Assembly: GCA_000004985.1 (NCBI GenBank)
Contig: GG738845.1
Strand: one strand, 5' to 3'
DNA: 64,000 bases
Source of the DNA: Naegleria gruberi
Taxonomy: Eukaryota
The notes beneath the pieces were generated by a model, which was given only the letters and a program-made list of their open reading frames with translations, searched no databases and was not told the origin of the DNA. A program made the position numbers and the translations under genes. The stretch's first letter is position 1. Every line of letters begins with the position of its first letter. Below are positions 30,501 to 40,216 of the stretch, piece by piece.

Positions 30501-32807
30501 GATTTTGGAATTTTCATTTCTTGAAGAATTTTCTTTACACCAGCTTTAGGAGTTCCATTCCAACGTGGCCATGTTGAATCTGAACAAAGTTTGTAACGAT
30601 CCAAGAATTTATCAAAGTCCATCTTGAAATAATAACCACTATTTCTAACGTGTACATTTTCAGTGATACCTAAATATTTAACTTGTTCCATGACAACTTC
30701 ATCAATAAATTCATTTGGTTTCTTCTCATGGTTTGGTTTGATACATTTTACAAAGTGATGATGTTTTCCTTTCATTTTACCAACAAATTTGAAAACATCT
30801 TCAGTAAATTGCATTGTTGTGGTTTTTTGCAATTTACCAAATTCAATTTTTTCATCTCTAGGGAAGATTTGTTGCATGAGACCTGATTGTGATTTTCTCA
30901 TAGCAAAAACTAAATCTTCAAACAGTGTATCCTTATTCATTGAAATCCATCCTTCAACGTCATATGTTACTTTACCAGCAAAATGTTTCAAATCAAATAT
31001 TAATCCTGCAAACTTGGATTTTTCATAGCAAGCCCATCCAGTTCCAAAATTAGTATTCAATTTTTGCATGTATCTTTCATCAGTACAATTTGGAAGGAGA
31101 GATTCTTCATCCAACAATTTGTAAATACCAAATGGTTTTCCTTCAATAATTTCAACTGTTTGATCAACATTTTTCAATGGAATTGGATTATATGGAATAC
31201 CCTCTCTTACATATTCATCTTGTTCAGCTTGTAACCATTTTTGCACATGTTGCTGAATCTTTTCATTTACAAAGTTAATGTTCAATTGTTCTAGAGTATT
31301 TTTTTCCTTTGTATGTTTTTCATAAATTTCAAAACCATAAATATCAAGAATGCCTATAGAATATTTTGCATCATCAGGTCTTTTTACAGCTGAATTGATA
31401 CGACGAATGAGCCATGAAAATAATCTTTCATAGATACCCTTTGCAAGTGCATCTCTATTGAATGAAGCCATTGTAGAATTTTGAACTGTTTTTGTTGCTT
31501 CCTTACCAACGTGAATAGTTCTATATAAAAGTGCCTCTCTGAGTGTATCAAATTCAACTTGGAATAAGAAAGCTGCTGTTCTCAATGTATCCTTATTATC
31601 AATTTCTGCTGTGTCTTTACCATTTACATTTAAATCCTTAAACTTGACATTACCCAAGTGTAGAATACCAGCACAAAGTCTGAAAATTTCCATTTGTTCT
31701 AAAACTGAAATACCAGCTTCAGTCATGCTTTGTCTAGTATTCTTAAATTCTAACTTGTCATTCATGCCGTTAATAGTTAAGGAACTAGATGAAGAATTTA
31801 AACCGTTTGCAGTTAAATAATTGAATTTTTTTGCTTCTTCCAATTTCAAATCCTTTTTCATTGATTCATCTGCACCGGCACACATTTGATAGAAAATGTG
31901 GAAATTTCTTTCACCTTTTCTTTGTGACACTACACGTGATTTTTCTAACAGTGATGTTGTAATGTGTGCTCCTTCTAATTGTCCTTTGAAATTGAAGAAT
32001 ATTTCCATATATTTACCAAAACGACTACTATTGTCGTTTCTCAATGTTTTAGCATTACCAAAAGCTTCTAATACTGGATTTGCTTCAATAAGAATACGTT
32101 TAATATTTTCTGTAATTAATCCAGAAATTGAAATGGCACTAATATATTCAAGTAGGATTTTACAACTTTCTGTTTTACCTGCACCACTAGTTGTTGTTAT
32201 TATGTTTGGTCAGAATGATGAATATTCAAAATATGTCCACACACAAATGTTGCAATAATGTGTTATCACAAAATTACTTACCTCTCACCAGAGACCACAA
32301 CAGTTTGTCCCTGACCGGTTTCCTTCATTTGTCTATAGGCATCCTCCGCGAGAGAATATAAGTGAGGACCAATTTCATAGGGTTGTTTGGCGTGATAGAA
32401 ACTTTATAAAGGTTGAATGTGAAAATATTAACAAGTTATACTTACGTCTTGACATGATTCTTATAATTCTTTGTTTTGGAATATGGATTGATAGCAATTA
32501 TTGTTGGACCAAGATAGGTATAAAATTGAGAAACTCCTCCATTGATATCTGGCTGTTTGTTACTATATCTGTTTTTGAGTATTCGTGTGACTGTCTGATC
32601 AGTTGGTTCTTTTATGAGTGATAAATCATCGAGTGTATCCGATTCAAAATTACGTTTATAAAGTTGATATAAAGCAAATTCAGAAGTTTCATTAGTTCCA
32701 TCAACATCGGCTGGGTTTACATTATTCACAACTTCTACCTCAGCCTCCGCTGCTTCTTTTAGTTGGGTTGACGAAGAGTTTGCGTTCACTCCACGAGGAC
32801 TCAACAT
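27509..32807 (-). CDS. Myosin heavy chain, class I-like, with four tandem TH1 tail domains (about 1719 aa). Three exons: 32446..32807, 32282..32401 and 27509..32186.
   Basis: The motor domain has YTYLGPTIIAINPY, GESGAGKTE (split by a 95-nt intron), NDNSSRFGKYMEI and LDIYGFEIYEK. There is one IQ motif (IQRNFRKYKARQK). The tail carries four repeats of the Myosin_TH1 pattern, for example LRRKDSLLKWYLGDYLHVAS...LVQKINKRYLVQDRKLLVTDQAVYNLD...DGFFILKVPGEYDYIF. The introns are GTAAGT...TATAAAG (44 nt) and GTAAGT...CAACTAG (95 nt). Confidence 0.85.
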
Positions 32808-32927
32808 TTAGCGATACTTGATTTTTTTTATTGTGTATTGACAAGTGAATGAAATGTTGTGACATCCAAAAACAAGAGATTTGTCAAGTTTTTCTTCAGT
32901 TGATTACAGTTTTCTTCTTACGTAGCA

Positions 32928-35654
32928 TTACATTCTCGTATTAAACCTTTCACTAATTTCAGTCAGGAACTGGTCAATCTTCTTAATGGCTGCAGATGCA
33001 GAAGGATCTTCGATAATGTTAATTTGTCCTTCAGCTCCTTGTGGTATCTTTAACACTTCCTTTTGTCCTCTCACCATTCTCAGCTTTGGATTGATTCTAA
33101 TCAATTCAGCACCAGAATTTTGCTTTAAAACAGTGTCTGACATTGTTCTAAGTTTTTGTTCTGCTCCTATTTCTAAAATACATAATGACCTTCCTTCCTC
33201 CTGGATTGCCTTTTTGATTTTAGTGGTCCAAGTTCTAAATGGGATCATTGATGTTTTTATCCATTGCTCATCAGTAGCGTTCATCTTTGCTCTTGGTCTT
33301 GCAACTCCTCTACAGCTCTCACAGAAAATTCTGTTAATAACTGGTTGTTTCTTTGGATTGTAGAGGTCGATATCCTCTTCAGATTTTACTTTTGAGTTCA
33401 GCAGGTCAGAATACTGCATGGCCTTCTTATTGAATGGATCTTCATAAGGACTCGATGCAAGAGCTGACTTGGGAGTATTAAAAACTGTTGGCGTGGTTAC
33501 TGAAGGAGTGGGATTGGTTGATGAACTAGCAGAAAAGAATGAAGCAGTTTTTCGATCATCCTTAATCTCTGGTTGATGAACAGGTATGGTTGGATTGGCT
33601 GTTGAAAAATCACTGATTGGCATGTCAACAAAAACTGTACCAAGTTTTACACCTTGATCACCTTCTTGGATTGTTCTAAGTTTTAGAGAGTGGACACTAT
33701 CTCTTGTTTTGAGGGAGAAGTCTAACATTCGAACAGAAGCAACCGAAATGTCAGGTAGCTGGCTGTGAGGTCTTCTTAATGATCCCTCTGTTCTTGGTCG
33801 TTGCGCCAAGTTTGACTTCTTGACTGGTGTTCCCAATAAAAACCTCATATTGTATTCTCCTACAAGTTGCCAAGGTTTTTCTTCAACCCTCGTAATCAAT
33901 GTGTTTTTCCGCAGTAATGGTTGAACTACAACACTAACCTTACCTCTAACTGGCATATTTTTCAATACCTTATTTGATAGAGTGTCTTGAGCATTAATGA
34001 TAACCGAGTCAACAAAAATACCATCCTCTTCTCTCTTTCTTCTAATTGTTGGAGAGACTTGACTAGTGAAGGAAATAACGGGAAAAGGCTCATCTATTGT
34101 ATCTTCTAAATTATAAATTTGGACTGATATGATAAATTTTACATTGGTTGAGCCAGCCACCAAAGTAAAATCTTTTGGAATAATTGGAACAGGATTCTTT
34201 CGAAATTCTTGAATATCTCTTTCTGTAACTATATCATCCGAATTATGAATATCTGTGTAGAATTGGTGATAATGAATCATTGGATCAATAATTGTAACCT
34301 CCATGTACCCTTCCTCTGAAGGGTCAATTTCACCATTAACAGCAAATGAATGCAACGTTACATGAACGTCTTCTGAAAACTCTTGGAATCTAGATTCATC
34401 TCCACTCTTGTTCTCTATCAATAATTTAAGGTTATTATTTACATTATGCAAGTGAATTCCATTATTATGTATGTCAGTGTTATATTCTTCATTATTCTCG
34501 TCTTCTGTATTAATTAAATTATATCTCTGTAAAACAGCATCTCTCCTTTCGATTAAGCTCCTGCTATTCAAACCAGATTTAATTCCTTCTGAAGTTTGTT
34601 CTGCTATCTTTCCAATATCTGCCAGTGACCCTAAAACATAATTATTCTTCCCATATAGAGACGATACTCTTCTTGAGGCAGATCCTGGTCTTTGATAATT
34701 TTCTGGATTTTTAAACTTTTCTGGAACATCTTTGTTAGAAAAGAATTGGTAGAATGCTCCTCTTTTTTCCCCTATTTGTGTAGGTATCAACTTGTCTGAG
34801 TTTCCCTTATGGAAAACAGCTCCAGAGATTGGAGTATCCATGTAGAGCTTTTTTTTGAAATAATCTGTTTTTCCAGTAGCAGAATAAAAATTAAAATCTT
34901 CTTCAGATACCGAAGTAAAAAGTGAGTCAGAAAATCCATCTTCTCCTTTCTTTGTATGATGGTGTTTGTCTTGAAATTTTAAAGGTGGAGCTCTTCCACT
35001 TTCCTGGTTGATTTCAAATCTAAAATCTTCCTTAACTCTAAAAAATGATTTACAACAAGGTATTGCACATTGCCAAGTCAATAAATCTCCTCTCGTTTCG
35101 TAATATTCACTTTCCTTAAATCCTTCCTTAACCAATTCTCCATCAATACTAGAAGTGACACAGAAAAATCTGCTTGGCATGTTCATAAATTTCTTCTTGT
35201 CTTCTTGAGGAGGATTTTCATCTTTCTTTTTACTCTTATCTTCGACTTGAAATCTGGGGTCATTTTGAAGAAAAAATACCTCTTTCCAGTGATGGATGGA
35301 TTTAATTGCATTACTTGATGATTGCTTTGAGCGTTGAGATCGGTTTAATGCTTGTCCCCAAAATCCATAAAACAGCTCGTCATCCTTTTTTAATACAACA
35401 GGATCACATAAATCTTCAAGTTTCAAACCAGATTCCGCATACATTTTGGCTCTTTTTTCAAATATTTCCTCTAATATTTTGTTTCCTGATGTTGAGCCTG
35501 ATTCTTCTCCCACAATTACCAGCAAGAAGTATGACAAGAAAATGGACTGTTGAACGATTTAGAAATCAAATGAAAATAAACCTACCTCTGCAGCCCTTTC
35601 AAAAGGATCTGCTTTCTTGTTCCTCTTGAATTTTGCCAATGCTTTGCTTGACAT
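32928..35654 (-). CDS. Sirtuin-fold (Sir2/DHS-like) protein with degenerate catalytic motifs and a roughly 550-aa insertion. Two exons: 35586..35654 and 32928..35546.
   Basis: The N-terminal part aligns with sirtuins. LLVIVGEESGSTSG matches VVLTGAGISTSCG. FLQNDPRFQ matches FFQSDPLPFY. VTSSIDGELVKEG..YYETRGDLLTWQC matches TQNIDTLERQAG..IIEAHGSFAHCHC. The C-terminal part matches too. FCESCRGVARP matches CDVCGELVKP. SLCILEIGAE..GAELIRINPK matches VIVVGTSL...NLE. The catalytic His is Arg, GIPDFR is lost, and NID is SID. Exon 1 (MSSKALAKFKRNKKADPFERAAE) is joined by a 39-nt GTAGGT...AACAG intron. The track start at 35537 is a TTG. Confidence 0.5.
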
Positions 35655-35725
35655 TGTATAATAAAGCAGAGATCCTCACTCTTTTGATAATAAGGTATTT
35701 TTTTTTGATGTGGTTAAATTTAAAA

Positions 35726-35740
35726 TTTTTGGCGCCAATT
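35726..35740. promoter_or_regulatory. E2F-like element TTTTTGGCGCCAATT, about 72-86 nt upstream of the sirtuin-like gene ATG
   Basis: It has the same TTTGGCGCCAA core as the elements at 38451, 44307, 52381 and 56615. Confidence 0.4.
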
Positions 35741-35798
35741 ACTGAAGCATTTGTAATTCCGTCCACAAATTGTTGTGTTTTAACAAATTTACAACTTA

Positions 35799-38336
35799 CT
35801 ACCTAAATGATTTTATTGATCTATTTTTGGAGGAAGAATGGTAAAGAGTGGATCTTTGGGATAACGAATTTGTTCTTATGGAGATTGAGCCATCCAACAA
35901 TGCACTCAATGAAGGAGCTTTGTTCATATTTCTTTGATTGACTTGGGACTTAATAGAAGGAGATGAAAAGAGTATCGAATCACCTGATACTTTCTTTACT
36001 TTACCTCCACTATCTCTAAGAATATCAGCCATTACTTTTGAAGTTTCTTTCATTTCAACTTCGTTATTTGCATGATGAAGTGCCAATAATTTTTTGCAGG
36101 AACAAATGTGTTGATAAGCAAGAGGGTAGTTTTTCATTGTTGCGTAAACTATCGAAATATTTCTCTGACTAATTATTGTGTCAATATGATTTGTTCCAAA
36201 CAATCTTTCCCGAATAGATTTTGCATGGGTATAGAGTCGAAGTGCTTCAGTAATTTTCAATTCTCTTATTTTAGAATCATCTATTGAGGTTGATTTTTGC
36301 TGTAATATTTCTCTTACAAGTTTTTCATCCTTTTGATTATTTAAAAACGAAGTTAAATAGAGATGACCAAGGTTTGTATAAATAACAGCTGTAGCTTCGT
36401 GATCAAAGCCAAATGAGCTCTCAAAGATTGCTTTACATTTTTGATACTTTTCAAATGCTTCGATAATTTTACCTTGTTGTCTTAAAATATTTCCAATATT
36501 ATTTAAAACTGTGCCAGTAGAAGGGTGGTTATCTCCATAATACTGTTGTTTGTGTTTCAATACTCTGTAAAGCAGATCCATTGCTTCGTCTCCTTTCCCA
36601 AAATTAAGTAAAAGAGAGGATATATTTTCGAAAACAAGTATTGTTTCCGTGTGAGTATCTCCATAATGTTTCACATATATCTCCTTCGCCTTATTGTAAA
36701 ATGATAAAGCCTCCTCAAATTTTCCCATTTCCTGTCTCAGATTTCCTATGTACAAATAACCCACAGCTGTTTCAATATGGTCCTTACCGAATTCTATTTC
36801 TCTAAGCATGATTCCATGGTATAAATATTCATCTGCTTTTTCAAACTCTTGCATTGTAATATATAGGCTCCCTATCATTAGATAACAAGAAACTGTTGAC
36901 GAATGCCTTTCTCCAAGAATTCTTTCTCTTATGTTGAGAGCCTTTTCATAGAGTATTATCGCTTCCTCTGTCTGTTTCAAGCTTTTGAGACAAGTTGCCA
37001 AGTTCACCAAACTAGTTGCATAATCAGGATGGTCAATAAGAGAATTGCTTTCCAAAATACCTTCTCCCAGTCTATAATATTGGTAGGCCTTGTGATAATC
37101 TGCAACGTATAGAAATACATTTCCAATGTTATTGTAAACAGTGGCTGTTTCTAAATGATCCCTACCAAATATTTTCTCTCGAATTTCTAAAGCCTTACAA
37201 AGGCATTCCATAGAGTTTTCAAAAGATCCAACAAGACTATACACCACTCCAAGTTGTGTATAAGCAGTTGCGATCTCGTTCGTATTTACATGGTAATATT
37301 TTTGCTTTTCTAAAAGATGTTTTCTATAATACTCTATCGAGTGTTTGTACTTTCCTTGCAATTTCATTAGATAACCCAAATCATTGTAAATTTGTATTGA
37401 AAACAAGGCTAGAACTCTATTATTGTGCTTTGATTTGAATAAACCATCAACAATCTTCTTGGCCTCCAATAGGTACAACTTTGCTTGTTTGAATTTTGCA
37501 AGATGAGTCAATGATTCTCCCAAAAGAATAAAAATATAAATTAAATCCTCATTGAAACTACCTAAATGTTTCAATATCATTTGTTTGCATTCCAAAGCTT
37601 TTTCAACTGCATTCTCCAAAAATCCAGAATGAAGTAGCTCACAGGCAATTACCTTAGTTTGCTGTATCTCTCCCTTATCTATTGAGTTTGAAGGTGATAT
37701 GTTCTTTTTTAAAGACCTCTCATTTTGGAAGTTTTCTTTTACTCCGTTGAAAATAAAAGTGGTCTCTTTGAAGGGCGATAGGGCAGTGGATGGAGAAAAA
37801 TGGTTGGGAGAAGTTATCAAATTTTCACAAATCGAAATTGAAGTTGCCTTACTTAGTGGAGGAGGTGAGATGGACACTGTGATTGGCTTATCCTCAGTAA
37901 ATCCTTGCAAGAAGGGTGTATGGCCATTGCTGGGTGTATGTTCTTCGGAACTGATATGTTTCTTGTATTTCTCTACATCATCAGATAGATGTTTTCTGAA
38001 TGGTGTTGGAGTTTGTAAAGGAGGATAGATGTTCTTTCCGCAAGTTATTGGAGAGTTGTTGATTGTAAAGGGTGTGATGGGTTGTGGGGAAGACGGATTT
38101 TCTAATTCATTGTATGAGATATGAATAAAATTTGGATCACTTTCTTGTTGAATTTGTTTTACCCTTAATGCCCATGCCTCCTCTAATGATGTGTTTTGTC
38201 CTATATTTAGTGGTTGAGGGTGTGATTGTTTGGTTGATGAAAATATGTTGAAGGGGGAGAGGTTGTTGTTGAGATCCTTCTTTGGAGTTATTACTGGACG
38301 AGAGGGTGATAGAAAATTGGCATTCAAAATATTCAT
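35799..38336 (-). CDS. TPR-repeat protein (kinesin-light-chain-type TPR_12 repeats) with an S/P-rich N-terminal region
   Basis: There are multiple 42-aa KLC-like TPR units (ALNIRERILGERHSSTVSCYLMIGSLYITMQEFEKADEYLYHGIMLREIEFGKDHIETAVGYLYIGNL, and others). The ATG at 38336 was verified. Confidence 0.6.
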   Translation of the reverse strand: MNILNANFLSPSRPVITPKKDLNNNLSPFNIFSSTKQSHPQPLNIGQNTSLEEAWALRVKQIQQESDPNFIHISYNELENPSSPQPITPFTINNSPITCGKNIYPPLQTPTPFRKHLSDDVEKYKKHISSEEHTPSNGHTPFLQGFTEDKPITVSISPPPLSKATSISICENLITSPNHFSPSTALSPFKETTFIFNGVKENFQNERSLKKNISPSNSIDKGEIQQTKVIACELLHSGFLENAVEKALECKQMILKHLGSFNEDLIYIFILLGESLTHLAKFKQAKLYLLEAKKIVDGLFKSKHNNRVLALFSIQIYNDLGYLMKLQGKYKHSIEYYRKHLLEKQKYYHVNTNEIATAYTQLGVVYSLVGSFENSMECLCKALEIREKIFGRDHLETATVYNNIGNVFLYVADYHKAYQYYRLGEGILESNSLIDHPDYATSLVNLATCLKSLKQTEEAIILYEKALNIRERILGERHSSTVSCYLMIGSLYITMQEFEKADEYLYHGIMLREIEFGKDHIETAVGYLYIGNLRQEMGKFEEALSFYNKAKEIYVKHYGDTHTETILVFENISSLLLNFGKGDEAMDLLYRVLKHKQQYYGDNHPSTGTVLNNIGNILRQQGKIIEAFEKYQKCKAIFESSFGFDHEATAVIYTNLGHLYLTSFLNNQKDEKLVREILQQKSTSIDDSKIRELKITEALRLYTHAKSIRERLFGTNHIDTIISQRNISIVYATMKNYPLAYQHICSCKKLLALHHANNEVEMKETSKVMADILRDSGGKVKKVSGDSILFSSPSIKSQVNQRNMNKAPSLSALLDGSISIRTNSLSQRSTLYHSSSKNRSIKSFR

Positions 38337-38450
38337 ATTATTGAAAAGACATTCCGTAAAGATGTGTTTTGATTTTTTTTAAAAACGTTCACCACACCTC
38401 ATTCAATTAATGAATAACGGTGCTTTTGGGAGGGAAAAGTCGTTTTGACG

Positions 38451-38467
38451 TTGGCGCCAAGAAATTT
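38451..38467. promoter_or_regulatory. E2F-like palindromic element TTGGCGCCAAGAAATTT in the divergent TPR/DRC2 promoter, 22-38 nt upstream of the DRC2 ATG
   Basis: The TTGGCGCCAA palindrome amounts to two overlapping E2F half-sites. Confidence 0.4.
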
Positions 38468-38488
38468 CTTCTACAACTATTTAAAAAA

Positions 38489-40183
38489 ATGAGTGAACCA
38501 TCATCTATAGACAATCAAGAGGAAGGTTTGGAAAATGCAACTCCGTCACCTCTGCCAGAAGGTGCCGAAGAGGAAACAACACAAGGATCACCAACACCTC
38601 AAAATGAGGAAGGAAATTCTCCTGGTAATACTGACAACGGAGAGGAACCAGAAGATGACGAGGCAGGGTTTAGGCCATATGATCCTAATGGATCATTAAC
38701 TGGAGGAGTGAATGAATCTATTGTACAACAAACATTAAATGATGCAGCAAATGTTATTCAGGATGTTGAGGTATTAAGAGAGGAAGAAAATAGACAAAAA
38801 AGAGAGGAGCACCTAAGGCAACGAATTAGAGAATTGAAAGAAGAGGAACAATCATATTCAAAAATTAATATGACAAATATCAATGCGAATTGGTTATATT
38901 TAATGAGAGAAAGCAAACTAAAGGAGTTAAAAGACTCAATTCAAATCCAAGCTCAAGACCACGACCGATTGGTTGATAGAAAAAATGCAACCATCCAATT
39001 AATGTACAGAGAATTAGACGAGTCTGAAGAGCAATACAGATCTGCTTTGAGGACTCATATGCAACACATAGAGGAACTTCTTCAATTACAAGATCAAAGG
39101 TTGACAATATTGCATCAAGAGTTTAACAATGATCTGTATCTATTAAAAAAGGAATATGAAGAGGAAACGCAAGAATTAAGACAAAAACACAAGCAGGAAA
39201 TGCAAGAATGGGAGGAAATAACAAAAGAAATGGAAAAGAGGGAAGAAAAAACCAACGAAACAATGGAACTCGATTTTGCTCAAACAAAGGAAAAGATAAA
39301 AAATAGATATCAGGAAGAATTGATCCAAATGGTTGGTAATATGAATGACAAGATTGAGGAGTATAGAAAAATTACAAAGCAGGAAAACAACGACCACTAC
39401 GAATCAATGAATCAAAAATATAAGGATTATATTATTTTAAGAGAAAGAGATAGTAGTTACATTGAAATTATCAAAACTCAGACTTATCAAATTAAAATGA
39501 AGGAAGAGGCCCTTGCCCATTGGAAAGCTAAATGGTTAAACAATTTAAGAGAATGTGAAGAAAGAAATAATAAGCTCATTAAAGAAAAAGACCAACTTGC
39601 TCAACACTTTAAAGAATTGAAAAAGAAAATGAATTCATTCAGAGAATCAGAGAAGAAGAGGTTAACAGAACTTGTCAAAATGAGTACAGAAACAAAAGAA
39701 GCTCTTAAAGAAAAGCTCGAAAAAGCTTCAAGAATACTCAAATTGTCGGAAGTCAATAGGAGATACGAAACGGAAAGAGAGAGATTACTTCCTTTCGAAA
39801 GTGATATGGAAAACCATGTTGGTTTAGTTTCAGTCGCAGAGTCATCCATTGAGGAGTCTAATGTCGATGTTGATGAAAAGAACTTTTCTGAATCTGAGTG
39901 GCAACAACTGAATAGATTTTACAAAAGATACAATAAGGTGTTGCTGGATAATCTTGCCCTTGATCAAGAGAAGGAGCACCTGGTTGACCAAAACAAAAAG
40001 CTCAGAGACATGCTTAAACAATATCTTGATGGTATTTCAGTTAATGAAGATGTCCTTAACAATAGAAACCCTCTGTTGATTGTGGACCCTCTCACAAAGG
40101 GTAAGTCTGCCAATGAGGATAAACATATGGTTGTTGTTACATCTGATAACGGTGGTGGGGAAAAGGTAAAGGTTTCCAATTAA
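38489..40183 (+). CDS. CCDC65: Nexin-dynein regulatory complex subunit 2 (CCDC65/DRC2), an axonemal coiled-coil protein
   Basis: [35 protein letters not shown] matches [35 protein letters not shown]. The C-terminal [58 protein letters not shown] matches human [54 protein letters not shown]. The real ATG at 38489 sits in a tttaaaaaaATG context; the track start at 38420 is non-ATG. Confidence 0.75.
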   Translation: [564 protein letters not shown]

Positions 40184-40216
40184 CAGAATTCTTCCATAAA
40201 GCTATAGTTTCGACAA

